DNA from: Gemmatimonadota bacterium
Lineage (GTDB): Bacteria; Gemmatimonadota; Gemmatimonadetes; Gemmatimonadales; GWC2-71-9
Direction: 5' to 3'
Length of the DNA stretch: 23,363 nt
NCBI GenBank assembly: GCA_003221005.1
Contig: QHTZ01000103.1
Location: 1-23,363 of the forward strand
Each line of letters starts with the position of its first letter. The stretch's first letter is position 1. Positions 16,187 to 23,363 of the stretch are shown here, in pieces. The notes beneath the pieces were generated by a model. That model saw only the letters and a program-made list of their open reading frames with translations, had not been told where the DNA came from and searched no databases. Both the position numbers and the translations under genes were made by a program.

Positions 16187-16981
16187 ATGCCCGAGGCCAT
16201 GGGGTTCTTCACAGACACGACGGTGTGCATCGGCTGCAAGGCGTGCGAGGTGGCCTGCAAGGAATGGAACCAGCTGCCGGCCGAGAACGGCGGCATCCGC
16301 GAGCTCTCCGGCGACAGCTACGACAACACCCGCCGGCTCGACGGCATCCACTGGCGGCACGTCCGCTTCATCGAGCAGTTCTCGGGGCCGTACAACGGCC
16401 GCTGGCTGATGATGAGCGACGTGTGCAAGCACTGCGTCCAGGCAGGGTGCATCGAGGTGTGCCCCACGGGGGCCATCATCCGCACCGAGTTCGACACCGT
16501 GGTGATCCAGTCGGACGTCTGCAACGGCTGCCGGGCGTGCATCTCGGCCTGCCCGTTCGGCGTCATCGACATCAATGCCGTGGCGGGCACGGCGCAGAAG
16601 TGCACGCTGTGTTACGACCGCCTCAAGGTCGGGCTCGAGCCGGCGTGCGCCAAGGCGTGTCCGACCGACTCGATCCAGTTCGGGCCGATCACCGAGCTGC
16701 GCGCGCGCGCGCAGAAGCGCAAGGATCAGCTGAGGGCGCAGGGCGTGGAGGCCCAGTTGTACGGCGCGGATCCCCAGGGGCCCCTGGGCGGCCTCAACTC
16801 GTTCTACCTGCTCGTGGACGAGCCCGAGGTGTACGGGCTGCCGCGCAATCCCAAGCTGCCGTCCCGCAACCTCAAGCAGAGCACCTCGTTCTCGGTGGCG
16901 AGCGCCGCGGTCCTCGGGGTGCTGGCGCTCGTTGGCCTGCGCAAGCGGCGCATGGACGAGCAGCCACCGTCCCTGAGCTGA
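16187..16981 (+). CDS. fdnH: Formate dehydrogenase iron-sulfur (beta) subunit with C-terminal TM anchor
   Basis: CIGCKACEVAC, CKHC...C..VCP, CNGCRACISACP, KCTLC...PACAKACP; C-terminal hydrophobic helix followed by RKRR. Confidence 0.93.
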   Translation: MPEAMGFFTDTTVCIGCKACEVACKEWNQLPAENGGIRELSGDSYDNTRRLDGIHWRHVRFIEQFSGPYNGRWLMMSDVCKHCVQAGCIEVCPTGAIIRTEFDTVVIQSDVCNGCRACISACPFGVIDINAVAGTAQKCTLCYDRLKVGLEPACAKACPTDSIQFGPITELRARAQKRKDQLRAQGVEAQLYGADPQGPLGGLNSFYLLVDEPEVYGLPRNPKLPSRNLKQSTSFSVASAAVLGVLALVGLRKRRMDEQPPSLS

Positions 16982-16994
16982 GGGGGAACGGGCC

Positions 16995-17924
16995 ATGTCC
17001 GACACCTTTTTCAGCGGCGCCCCGCACTGGAGATGGCTCATCATCCTGTACTTCTTCGTGGGCGGGCTCGCGGGGGGCGCCTGCTTCCTTGCCGCGCTGC
17101 TCGACTGGTTCGGCCGGCCCGAGGACCGCCCCGTCGTGCGCACGGGGTACTACGTGGCCGCGTGGGGGGCGCTCATTTCCGGCCTGCTCCTCACGATCGA
17201 CCTGGGCCGGCCGCTACGCTTCTGGCACATGCTGTTCCAGTCCGCGAATCTCCCCGCCCTCATGTTTAAGGGGTGGTCGCCCATCTCCTTCGGAGCCTGG
17301 GCGATTCTTCTGTTCGGCCTGTTCTCGGTCTTGTCGGCGCTCGGCGCCATGGCCGAGGAGGGACGGCTGCAGACCCCGGCGTTCCATCTGCTGCACCGCG
17401 GCGCGCTCGCCAAGCTCGTGGTGGCGGTCGCCGGTCTGCTCGGGTTCTTCGTCGCCGGCTACACGGGGATTCTGCTGTCGGTGACCAATCGCCCCATCTG
17501 GGCGGATAGCCCCTGGCTCGGCGCGCTGTTCGTCGCCTCGGGCGCGTCCACCGGCGCCGCGGCGCTCATGCTGCTCGCGCCCGGCCGCGGAGCCACGCCC
17601 CGGTCGCTCGAGTGGCTGTCGTCGTTCGACAGTAATGCGCTCGTGGTCGAGCTGCTGGTACTGGTCGTGTTCCTCGTGTCGCTCGGCTCGGTCAATCGCG
17701 TCTGGGTGAGCGTGTGGGGACTGCTGCTGCTCGTGGGCGTGGTGGGATTCGGAATTCTCGTGCCCCTCGGCCTGCACCTGAAGCCGGCGCGCTTCGGCAG
17801 CCTCGCCACGCGGCCCGTCGTGAACGCCGCGAAGCTCGTGCTCCTGGGCGGCTTCCTGCTGCGGCTCGCCACGATCCTGGCGTCGGAGGGGATCGATCGC
17901 TACCGCGTGGCGGTGGGGATGTAG
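16995..17924 (+). CDS. nrfD: NrfD/PsrC-family membrane anchor subunit
   Basis: W.WLIILYFFVGGLAGG, LTIDLGRPLRFWHML, SPISFGAW, AGYTGILL...PIW, GGFLLR; about eight TM helices. Confidence 0.92.
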   Translation: MSDTFFSGAPHWRWLIILYFFVGGLAGGACFLAALLDWFGRPEDRPVVRTGYYVAAWGALISGLLLTIDLGRPLRFWHMLFQSANLPALMFKGWSPISFGAWAILLFGLFSVLSALGAMAEEGRLQTPAFHLLHRGALAKLVVAVAGLLGFFVAGYTGILLSVTNRPIWADSPWLGALFVASGASTGAAALMLLAPGRGATPRSLEWLSSFDSNALVVELLVLVVFLVSLGSVNRVWVSVWGLLLLVGVVGFGILVPLGLHLKPARFGSLATRPVVNAAKLVLLGGFLLRLATILASEGIDRYRVAVGM

Positions 17925-17925
17925 C

Positions 17926-18153
17926 GTGGCGATCCGCCGCTGGTGGCTCGCACTGACACTCACCGGCCTGGTGGGCTGCGCGAGCCCTGAGGCCGGACGC
18001 GTGCGGGGAGGCGGTCCCGGGGCCGACCCCGGCAACCACGACCGCGTCACCGAAGTACACGCGGGCGCGAGGATGTACTACCGCACGCCCTGCCGCACCG
18101 TGAAAGTGAAATGCTCTGGTCCTCTCCCCGCCTTCGGCGGCCCCGGAACATAG
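17926..18153 (+). CDS. Small predicted lipoprotein, unknown function
   Basis: GTG start 1 nt after nrfD stop; MAIRRWWLALTLTGLVG-C lipobox; fills the nrfD-fdhE gap. Confidence 0.7.
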   Translation: MAIRRWWLALTLTGLVGCASPEAGRVRGGGPGADPGNHDRVTEVHAGARMYYRTPCRTVKVKCSGPLPAFGGPGT

Positions 18154-18977
18154 AGATCCAACAGCGCGTGGCCGAGGCTCGCCGCCAGACACCTGAGTCG
18201 GAGGCATGGCTCAGGCTCCTGGAGGCGGCCCTCGCGGAGAGCGAAGACGGCGCCGTGTGGGACGCCGCCGTCGCGACTCCCGCCGCGGAGCGGCCCGTCA
18301 AGGCGCCGCTCCTCGCTCGCGCCCGGTTCGCGGTGGGAGGCCGCGACGCGCAGGATTGGGTACGCAGCCTCGTCAACCTCGCCGGCGCCGCGAACGGCGC
18401 CGGGCGCCGGCTCGACGGGCTCGCGCTGCTCGAGGCAGCGGTCTGCCAGGACGACGCCCGCGTTGACGCCCTCGCCGGAGCGGAAGGCGCTGGCGCGGGC
18501 GCACCAGTCCTCCGCGTCGTGGGACAGATGGCGGCCCTGCCGCTGCTCCAGGCGTGCGCCCGGAAGCTGGAGCAGGAGCTGCCGGCGACGTGGTGGGAGG
18601 GGTATTGTCCGCTGTGCGGAGCGTGGCCAGTGCTGGCCGAGTACTCGGGGCTCGAGCGGCAGCGCCAGCTGCGCTGCGGGCGCTGCGGCACGGGATGGGC
18701 GATCCCGTCGTTACGATGCGTGTTTTGCGACGAAACCCATCACGACCACCTCGGCTACCTGACGCCTGAGGCGAGCGATCAGATGCGCAAGATCGAGATC
18801 TGCAACACCTGCCACGGGTATCTCAAGGCACTCACGACGATTCGCCCCCTAGCTCCGTGGGCGGTGCTCCTGGACGACCTGATGACGGTGCATCTCGACG
18901 TCGCGGCACTCGAGCGCGGCTACCACCGGCCCGAGGGGCCGGCGTATGCGCTCGAAGCTCAGGTGGCGGCCGCGTGA
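18111..18977 (+). CDS. fdhE: Formate dehydrogenase maturation protein FdhE (start uncertain; alternative GTG 18168)
   Basis: W.EGYCPLCG..P, R.LRCGRCG..W, CVFCD, IEICNTCHGYLK, DDL.T..LD..A..RGY. Confidence 0.9.
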   Translation: MLWSSPRLRRPRNIEIQQRVAEARRQTPESEAWLRLLEAALAESEDGAVWDAAVATPAAERPVKAPLLARARFAVGGRDAQDWVRSLVNLAGAANGAGRRLDGLALLEAAVCQDDARVDALAGAEGAGAGAPVLRVVGQMAALPLLQACARKLEQELPATWWEGYCPLCGAWPVLAEYSGLERQRQLRCGRCGTGWAIPSLRCVFCDETHHDHLGYLTPEASDQMRKIEICNTCHGYLKALTTIRPLAPWAVLLDDLMTVHLDVAALERGYHRPEGPAYALEAQVAAA

Positions 18978-19327
18978 GCTCCACGCTCCGTCCCGGTGAC
19001 GTCTGCCGCGAGCTCCTGGCGGCGCTCGACGCATCCGAGGGGCGACGGCGCCGCCGCAAGCGCGACACGACCCCCGACGCGATCGGCCTGACGATCAAGC
19101 GCGAGCTGCTCGAGGGAGCGATCGCCGCCGATCCCGATCCGGACGACTTCGAGGCCTGGTTGCACCAGCAGTGCCTCGGCGCCGGCGGGGCCGAGGGCGG
19201 CGTCCGGGCGATGGCGTTGTCGATCTTCGAGGAATGGCGCCTGGCGCATGATGCGGAATCGTTCCGCTCATGGCTCGCCCGCGGGGCGCCGTCGGACGAC
19301 GCCGCCAGGTCGCGTCCCGATCCCTAA
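18974..19327 (+). CDS. Hypothetical helical protein in the fdn operon
   Basis: GTG 18974 overlaps fdhE stop (GTGA); 117 aa MSSTLRPGDVCRELLAALDASEGRRRRRKRDTTPDAIGL...; coding-like codon usage. Confidence 0.78.
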   Translation: MSSTLRPGDVCRELLAALDASEGRRRRRKRDTTPDAIGLTIKRELLEGAIAADPDPDDFEAWLHQQCLGAGGAEGGVRAMALSIFEEWRLAHDAESFRSWLARGAPSDDAARSRPDP

Positions 19328-19338
19328 GCGAGACCAAC

Positions 19339-19617
19339 ATGCCTGTCCCAGCGCGCGTACTGGTTGCAGCGTTCTGTGGCGCCTTCCTTGCCCTCGCCGC
19401 GTGCCGCGGAGGCGGGGCCCGCGCGTGGTCGGCACAGGCCGGCCCGCCACCGGACGTGGTGCGGCAGCTCGAGGTGCCCGAGAACCCATACCGCATCATC
19501 TACAACCCGCCGGTGAGCCTGGCGAAGCCGGCGGGACGGGGGGACGGGGGGACGGAGGGACGCGGGAACGCGAGGAGGCGGGCGGAGCGGTGGCCGGCGT
19601 CGAGATTCGCAACCTAA
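19339..19617 (+). CDS. Small predicted lipoprotein, unknown function
   Basis: ATG 19339; MPVPARVLVAAFCGAFLALAA-C lipobox; core PDVVRQLEVPENPYRIIYNPPVSL; C-terminus runs through a tandem repeat and overlaps the next gene. Confidence 0.62.
   Translation: MPVPARVLVAAFCGAFLALAACRGGGARAWSAQAGPPPDVVRQLEVPENPYRIIYNPPVSLAKPAGRGDGGTEGRGNARRRAERWPASRFAT
19533..19572 (+). repeat. Five-unit degenerate 8-bp G-rich tandem repeat
   Basis: GGGACGGG GGGACGGG GGGACGGA GGGACGCG GGAACGCG read directly. Confidence 0.85.
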
Positions 19618-20636
19618 AGAAGTATTTTGGTGACCTCCACGCGGTGGACGGGGTAGACCTGTCGATCCGCGAGGGAGAGTTCCTGGTTTTGCTGGGCTCC
19701 TCCGGCTCCGGGAAGACGACGCTGCTCCGCATGATCGCGGGGCTCGAGCACCCGACGTCAGGGGAGATTTACATTGGGGGCGTGCGCGTGGACGGCGACG
19801 TGCCGCCTCGGGCCCGAGGGATCGCCATGGTCTTCCAGAGCTACGCCCTGTACCCGCACCGGACCGTCTTCAAGAACATCGCCTTTCCGCTCGAGGCGAG
19901 CCGGGTGCCGCGGCAGCAGATCGAAGCGAAGGTGCGGTGGGCGGCGGAGATGTTCAGCATCTCCCGCTACCTCGACCGCTATCCGCGCCAGCTCTCCGGT
20001 GGGGAGCGCCAGCGCGTGGCCCTGTGCCGCGCCCTGGTGCGGGACCCCAAGGTCTTTCTGCTGGACGAGCCGCTCGCGAACCTCGACGCCAAGCTGCGGA
20101 ACACCGCCCGCGACGACCTCAAGCGCTTTCAGCGCCAGATCGGGACCACCACCGTGTACGTGACGCACGATCAGATCGAAGCGATGGGCCTGGGCGACCG
20201 GATCGTGGTGATGGAGCACGGCAAGGTGCGACAGGTGGGGACGCCCCAGGACGTGTACGAGGACCCCGTGGATACGTTCGTCGCGACCTTCGTGGGCCAG
20301 CCGCCGATGAACCTGCTGGACCTGGGCGACCCTTCCCTGCCGCCTCGCACCCTGCTCGGGTTCCGGCCCGAGCATTTTCTTCCCCGCAGCACCTTCGCCG
20401 CGGGCGAGGACGTGCGGGCCTTCCGCTTCTCGGTGCGGCGCGTCGAGTACCTGGGCTCCGATCGCTACGTGTACGGCGCAGTCGCCGAGAGCGCCACGCC
20501 CGACGCCACGGTGATCGCAAAGCTGCCGGGGACGATCGCGCAGGCGATTCCGGAGGGGGAGACGCAGGAGTTTGCCGTGCCCCGGGCGGCGCTGCGCTAC
20601 TTCGACGCCGACACGGGACTGAGGCGCCGATCGTGA
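19590..20636 (+). CDS. ABC transporter ATP-binding protein, MalK/UgpC (CUT1) type
   Basis: GTG 19590 (MAGVEIRNLKK); Walker A GSSGSGKT, MVFQSYALYPH, LSGGERQRVAL, LLDEP, VYVTHDQ, C-terminal TOBE-like VEYLGS. Confidence 0.95.
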   Translation: MAGVEIRNLKKYFGDLHAVDGVDLSIREGEFLVLLGSSGSGKTTLLRMIAGLEHPTSGEIYIGGVRVDGDVPPRARGIAMVFQSYALYPHRTVFKNIAFPLEASRVPRQQIEAKVRWAAEMFSISRYLDRYPRQLSGGERQRVALCRALVRDPKVFLLDEPLANLDAKLRNTARDDLKRFQRQIGTTTVYVTHDQIEAMGLGDRIVVMEHGKVRQVGTPQDVYEDPVDTFVATFVGQPPMNLLDLGDPSLPPRTLLGFRPEHFLPRSTFAAGEDVRAFRFSVRRVEYLGSDRYVYGAVAESATPDATVIAKLPGTIAQAIPEGETQEFAVPRAALRYFDADTGLRRRS

Positions 20637-21529
20637 CGCGCCGCGCCGTCGCGGATCGCGAGGACGTGCTGGGCGTCCTGATGCTCGCCCCCTCGCTCGC
20701 GTACGTGATCCTGCTCGTCGGCGTCCCCTTCTTCCTCGCGATCCTTCTCAGCTTCAGCAACGCCACTGCCGGCAGTCTCCGCTTCGAATGGGCAGGGTTC
20801 GGGAACTACGGCGCCATCCTCGGCGATCCCATCTTCCAGCGGGCACTGCGGAACAGCGTCGTGGTGACGGTCGGCTCCCAGGCGCTCGTGGTGGTGCTGG
20901 CGACGGCGGCCGCGCAGGTGTTCCGCGCCACGTTTCGCGGCAAGCGCTTCGCCCGATTCATCCTGCTCCTGCCCTGGGCGGTGCCGGTCTCGCTCGCGGC
21001 GATCGCGTGGACGTGGATCTTCGACTCCACCTTCAGCGTGATCAACTGGACGCTCAAGGCCGCCGGCCTGCTGCACGGGTGGCTGTACTGGCTCGGGGAT
21101 CCCGCGCTCGCGCTGGTGGCGATCATCATCGTGCAGGCATGGCGCATCCTGCCGTTCGCGACCGTGATCGTGCTCGCAGGACTGGCATCGATTCCGCAGG
21201 AGATCGTTGAGGCGGCGATCGTGGACGGCGCCGGCTTCTGGCGGCGACTGTTTCAGGTTGAACTCCCGCTATTGCTGCCGGTCGTGACCGTCGCCGTACT
21301 ATTCGGTGTGGTCTACACCGCCACTGACCTGGGCGTCGTGTACATCCTCACGGGCGGCGGGCCGGCGAATACCACCCACGTGCTCCCTACGCTCGCCTTC
21401 CAGCGCGGCATCCTCGGCGCCGACCTGGGACAGGGAGCGGCGATCGCCGTGTTTCTCCTCCCGTTCCTGATCGTGGTCGCGGTCGCGATGCTGCGACTCG
21501 CCCGCCGCGCGGAAGTGGGTGCGCGATGA
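20633..21529 (+). CDS. Carbohydrate ABC transporter permease (MalF/UgpA-like)
   Basis: GTG 20633 overlapping ATPase stop; GFGNY, LLPWAVP, EAA loop EAAIVDGAGFWRRLFQVELPLL, LTGGGP. Confidence 0.93.
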   Translation: MTRRAVADREDVLGVLMLAPSLAYVILLVGVPFFLAILLSFSNATAGSLRFEWAGFGNYGAILGDPIFQRALRNSVVVTVGSQALVVVLATAAAQVFRATFRGKRFARFILLLPWAVPVSLAAIAWTWIFDSTFSVINWTLKAAGLLHGWLYWLGDPALALVAIIIVQAWRILPFATVIVLAGLASIPQEIVEAAIVDGAGFWRRLFQVELPLLLPVVTVAVLFGVVYTATDLGVVYILTGGGPANTTHVLPTLAFQRGILGADLGQGAAIAVFLLPFLIVVAVAMLRLARRAEVGAR

Positions 21530-22362
21530 AGCGCGTGGCGCTGTACGCCGCCGCGCTCGGCTTCATGGTCTTTGCCGGGTTTCCGTTCTATTGGATGCTC
21601 GTCACGACGTTCAAGCAGAACCGGGACCTCTACGTCGGCGCGTCGGACGTGAGTCACATCCCGTGGATCTTTAACGACCCGCCCACGCTCGACCATGTGC
21701 GACTGCTCTTCGGGGAGACCGAGTTCCCGCGCTGGGTGCTGAACACCCTGATTGTCGTAGTCGCCGTCGTGGTGATCACGGTGGCGGTCGCGGTGCCGGC
21801 GGGCTACAGCCTGGCGCGGCTCGCGGGCCGGTGGGGGGAGCGGATGGGGATGGGCATCTTCTTCACGTATCTGATCCCCCCCACCCTGCTCTTCGTCCCG
21901 TTCTCCCGGCTCGTCGCGCTGCTGGGGCTCCACAACTCGCTCGGCGCCTTGATCCTGATCTATCCGACCATGACAATCCCGTTTTGCACGTGGCTCGTCA
22001 TGGGATTCCTGCGCTCGGTCCCGTGGGAGATCGAGGAGCAGGCGATGATCGACGGCTACAGCCGGCTCGCGGTGATCCTGAGGGTCGCGCCGCGCCTCAT
22101 CGTCCCGGGGATTCTGACCGTGGTGGTGTTCACGTTCACGCTGGTGATGCAGGAGTTCGTGTACGCACTGACGTTCATCAGCTCGGTGGAGAAGATGACG
22201 ATCAGCCTGGGGGTGCCGATCGCGCTGGTGCGCGGCGACGTGTACCACTGGGGCTCACTCATGGCCGCCGCCCTGTTCACCAGCATCCCGCTGGCGATCG
22301 TCTACAACCTCTTTATCGACCGTTTCATCCAGGGCTTCACTATGGGCGCAGTGAAGGGATAA
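21526..22362 (+). CDS. Carbohydrate ABC transporter permease (MalG/UgpE-like)
   Basis: FPFYWMLVTTFK, PAGYSLARL, EAA loop EIEEQAMIDGYS, WGSLMAAA, GFTMGAVKG end. Confidence 0.95.
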   Translation: MKRVALYAAALGFMVFAGFPFYWMLVTTFKQNRDLYVGASDVSHIPWIFNDPPTLDHVRLLFGETEFPRWVLNTLIVVVAVVVITVAVAVPAGYSLARLAGRWGERMGMGIFFTYLIPPTLLFVPFSRLVALLGLHNSLGALILIYPTMTIPFCTWLVMGFLRSVPWEIEEQAMIDGYSRLAVILRVAPRLIVPGILTVVVFTFTLVMQEFVYALTFISSVEKMTISLGVPIALVRGDVYHWGSLMAAALFTSIPLAIVYNLFIDRFIQGFTMGAVKG

Positions 22363-22449
22363 ACGAGTGGTCTAGCGCATCCGGTCGGACCGGCTCATGA
22401 TAGGGGCCGGGCCGCTCCTCAACGGCTCTCCTTATGCAGGAGGCATGTC

Positions 22450-23363
22450 ATGAGAATCCGAATGGCATCGTTCTCTTGGCCCGTTGCCGCGATGGTCTTC
22501 GTCTTCGCGAGCGGCGCTCCCGCCGCGGCACAGCAGGTCATCAAGCTGGCGGACGGGGAAACGCTCACCATCAGCGGCTTCATCAGCGCGACCCTGTTCA
22601 ACGACCGCGGTTTGTTCGGCCAGTTCGGCCAAGGGCAGAACGCGGAGTGGGCGGCCCAGGCCCAGCCCGGAGCGGACCAGGGATTCACGGATGGCGACGT
22701 CAGGAATACGCGCATCCGGTTCGAGTTCGCGAGCCAGCCGATGCTCGGCAAGTGGGCGCCCAAGGGCATCATCGAGGGCGACTTCTTCGGTGCGTTTTCC
22801 AACGCGCCGTTGGGGCCGCCGTTCGGGGATGAGCAGCCACAGCTCCGCGTCCGCCTCGCGTACGCCGACCTGACGAACGGCCGCACGACCTTGCGAATCG
22901 GCCAGTACTGGTCCCCACTGTTCGCCGAAGTGCCCGTGTCCCTGACGCACATCGCGTTCCCGCTCGGGTACGGCGCGGCGGGCATGGTGGGCTGGCGCTT
23001 CCCAGGGATCTTTTTCTACCACGATCTGGGCAAGGCGGGAAAGCCGATGACCACCCAGCTTCAGGTGGCGGTGATGAAAGGGTCCGGCCCTGCGGTTGGG
23101 GCCATTGACGTCGCGAACAACATCGGGAACGGCGAAGCCTCCGGGATGCCGCAGCTCGAGGCGCGGCTCAACGTCGGCAACAGAGGCAAGAACCTGAGTT
23201 GGAACGTCTATGTTGTCGGACACCTCGACTGGAAAGACACGACCGGCACCGGCGTCATCGGCTCCAACGCCACCGGCAACGGGGTCGAGCTCGGCGGCAA
23301 CATCACGCCGGGGCACCTCACCGTGCACGGCAACTTCTACTTCGGGAAGGGGCTCGGAGCGCA
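22450..23363 (+). CDS. Outer-membrane beta-barrel porin, DcaP-like (3' end runs off the window)
   Basis: Not in ORF track (no stop). AGGAGG RBS, ATG 22450, signal peptide ending PAAA-Q; frame open to the window end; LTISGFI, RNTRIRF, IEGDFFG, LRVRLAY, RIGQYWSPL motifs recalled for DcaP-type porins. Confidence 0.75.
   Translation, partial: MRIRMASFSWPVAAMVFVFASGAPAAAQQVIKLADGETLTISGFISATLFNDRGLFGQFGQGQNAEWAAQAQPGADQGFTDGDVRNTRIRFEFASQPMLGKWAPKGIIEGDFFGAFSNAPLGPPFGDEQPQLRVRLAYADLTNGRTTLRIGQYWSPLFAEVPVSLTHIAFPLGYGAAGMVGWRFPGIFFYHDLGKAGKPMTTQLQVAVMKGSGPAVGAIDVANNIGNGEASGMPQLEARLNVGNRGKNLSWNVYVVGHLDWKDTTGTGVIGSNATGNGVELGGNITPGHLTVHGNFYFGKGLGA

Noticed and set aside
22381-22393. Small palindrome CCGGTC-G-GACCGG before the porin gene
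   Set aside because: Short, GC-rich, no U-tract; likely by chance at this base composition.

Overview
GC-rich bacterial window, probably Gemmatimonadota (inferred from the style of the Hanks kinase, PEGA, TonB-C and GWxTD proteins; no marker gene present). Left to right: (1) a minus-strand run of membrane protein, SDR, double VOC protein with a very basic tail, degenerate Ser/Thr kinase and a TM-PEGA protein running off the left edge, divergent from a TetR gene with a palindromic operator; (2) a bare TonB C-terminal ORF and a GWxTD lipoprotein; (3) an SPFH/band-7 + NAD-kinase-like + NrtR (Nudix-wHTH) operon preceded by a perfect 29-bp inverted repeat made of two tandem GT-N7-AC NrtR boxes; (4) a minus-strand cluster of Mrr-like degenerate nuclease, hypothetical protein, malate synthase and lactate/glycolate permease; (5) a Tat-exported selenocysteine formate dehydrogenase operon (fdnG with in-frame UGA and SECIS hairpin, fdnH, NrfD-type anchor, small lipoprotein, fdhE, hypothetical, second lipoprotein); (6) a CUT1 sugar-type ABC ATPase and two permeases without a binding protein, then a DcaP-like porin running off the right edge. 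No rRNA, tRNA, CRISPR or mobile element seen. The best candidates for an uncharacterised system are the ADP-ribose-responsive SPFH/NAD-kinase-like module and the accessory small proteins embedded in the Sec-FDH operon.
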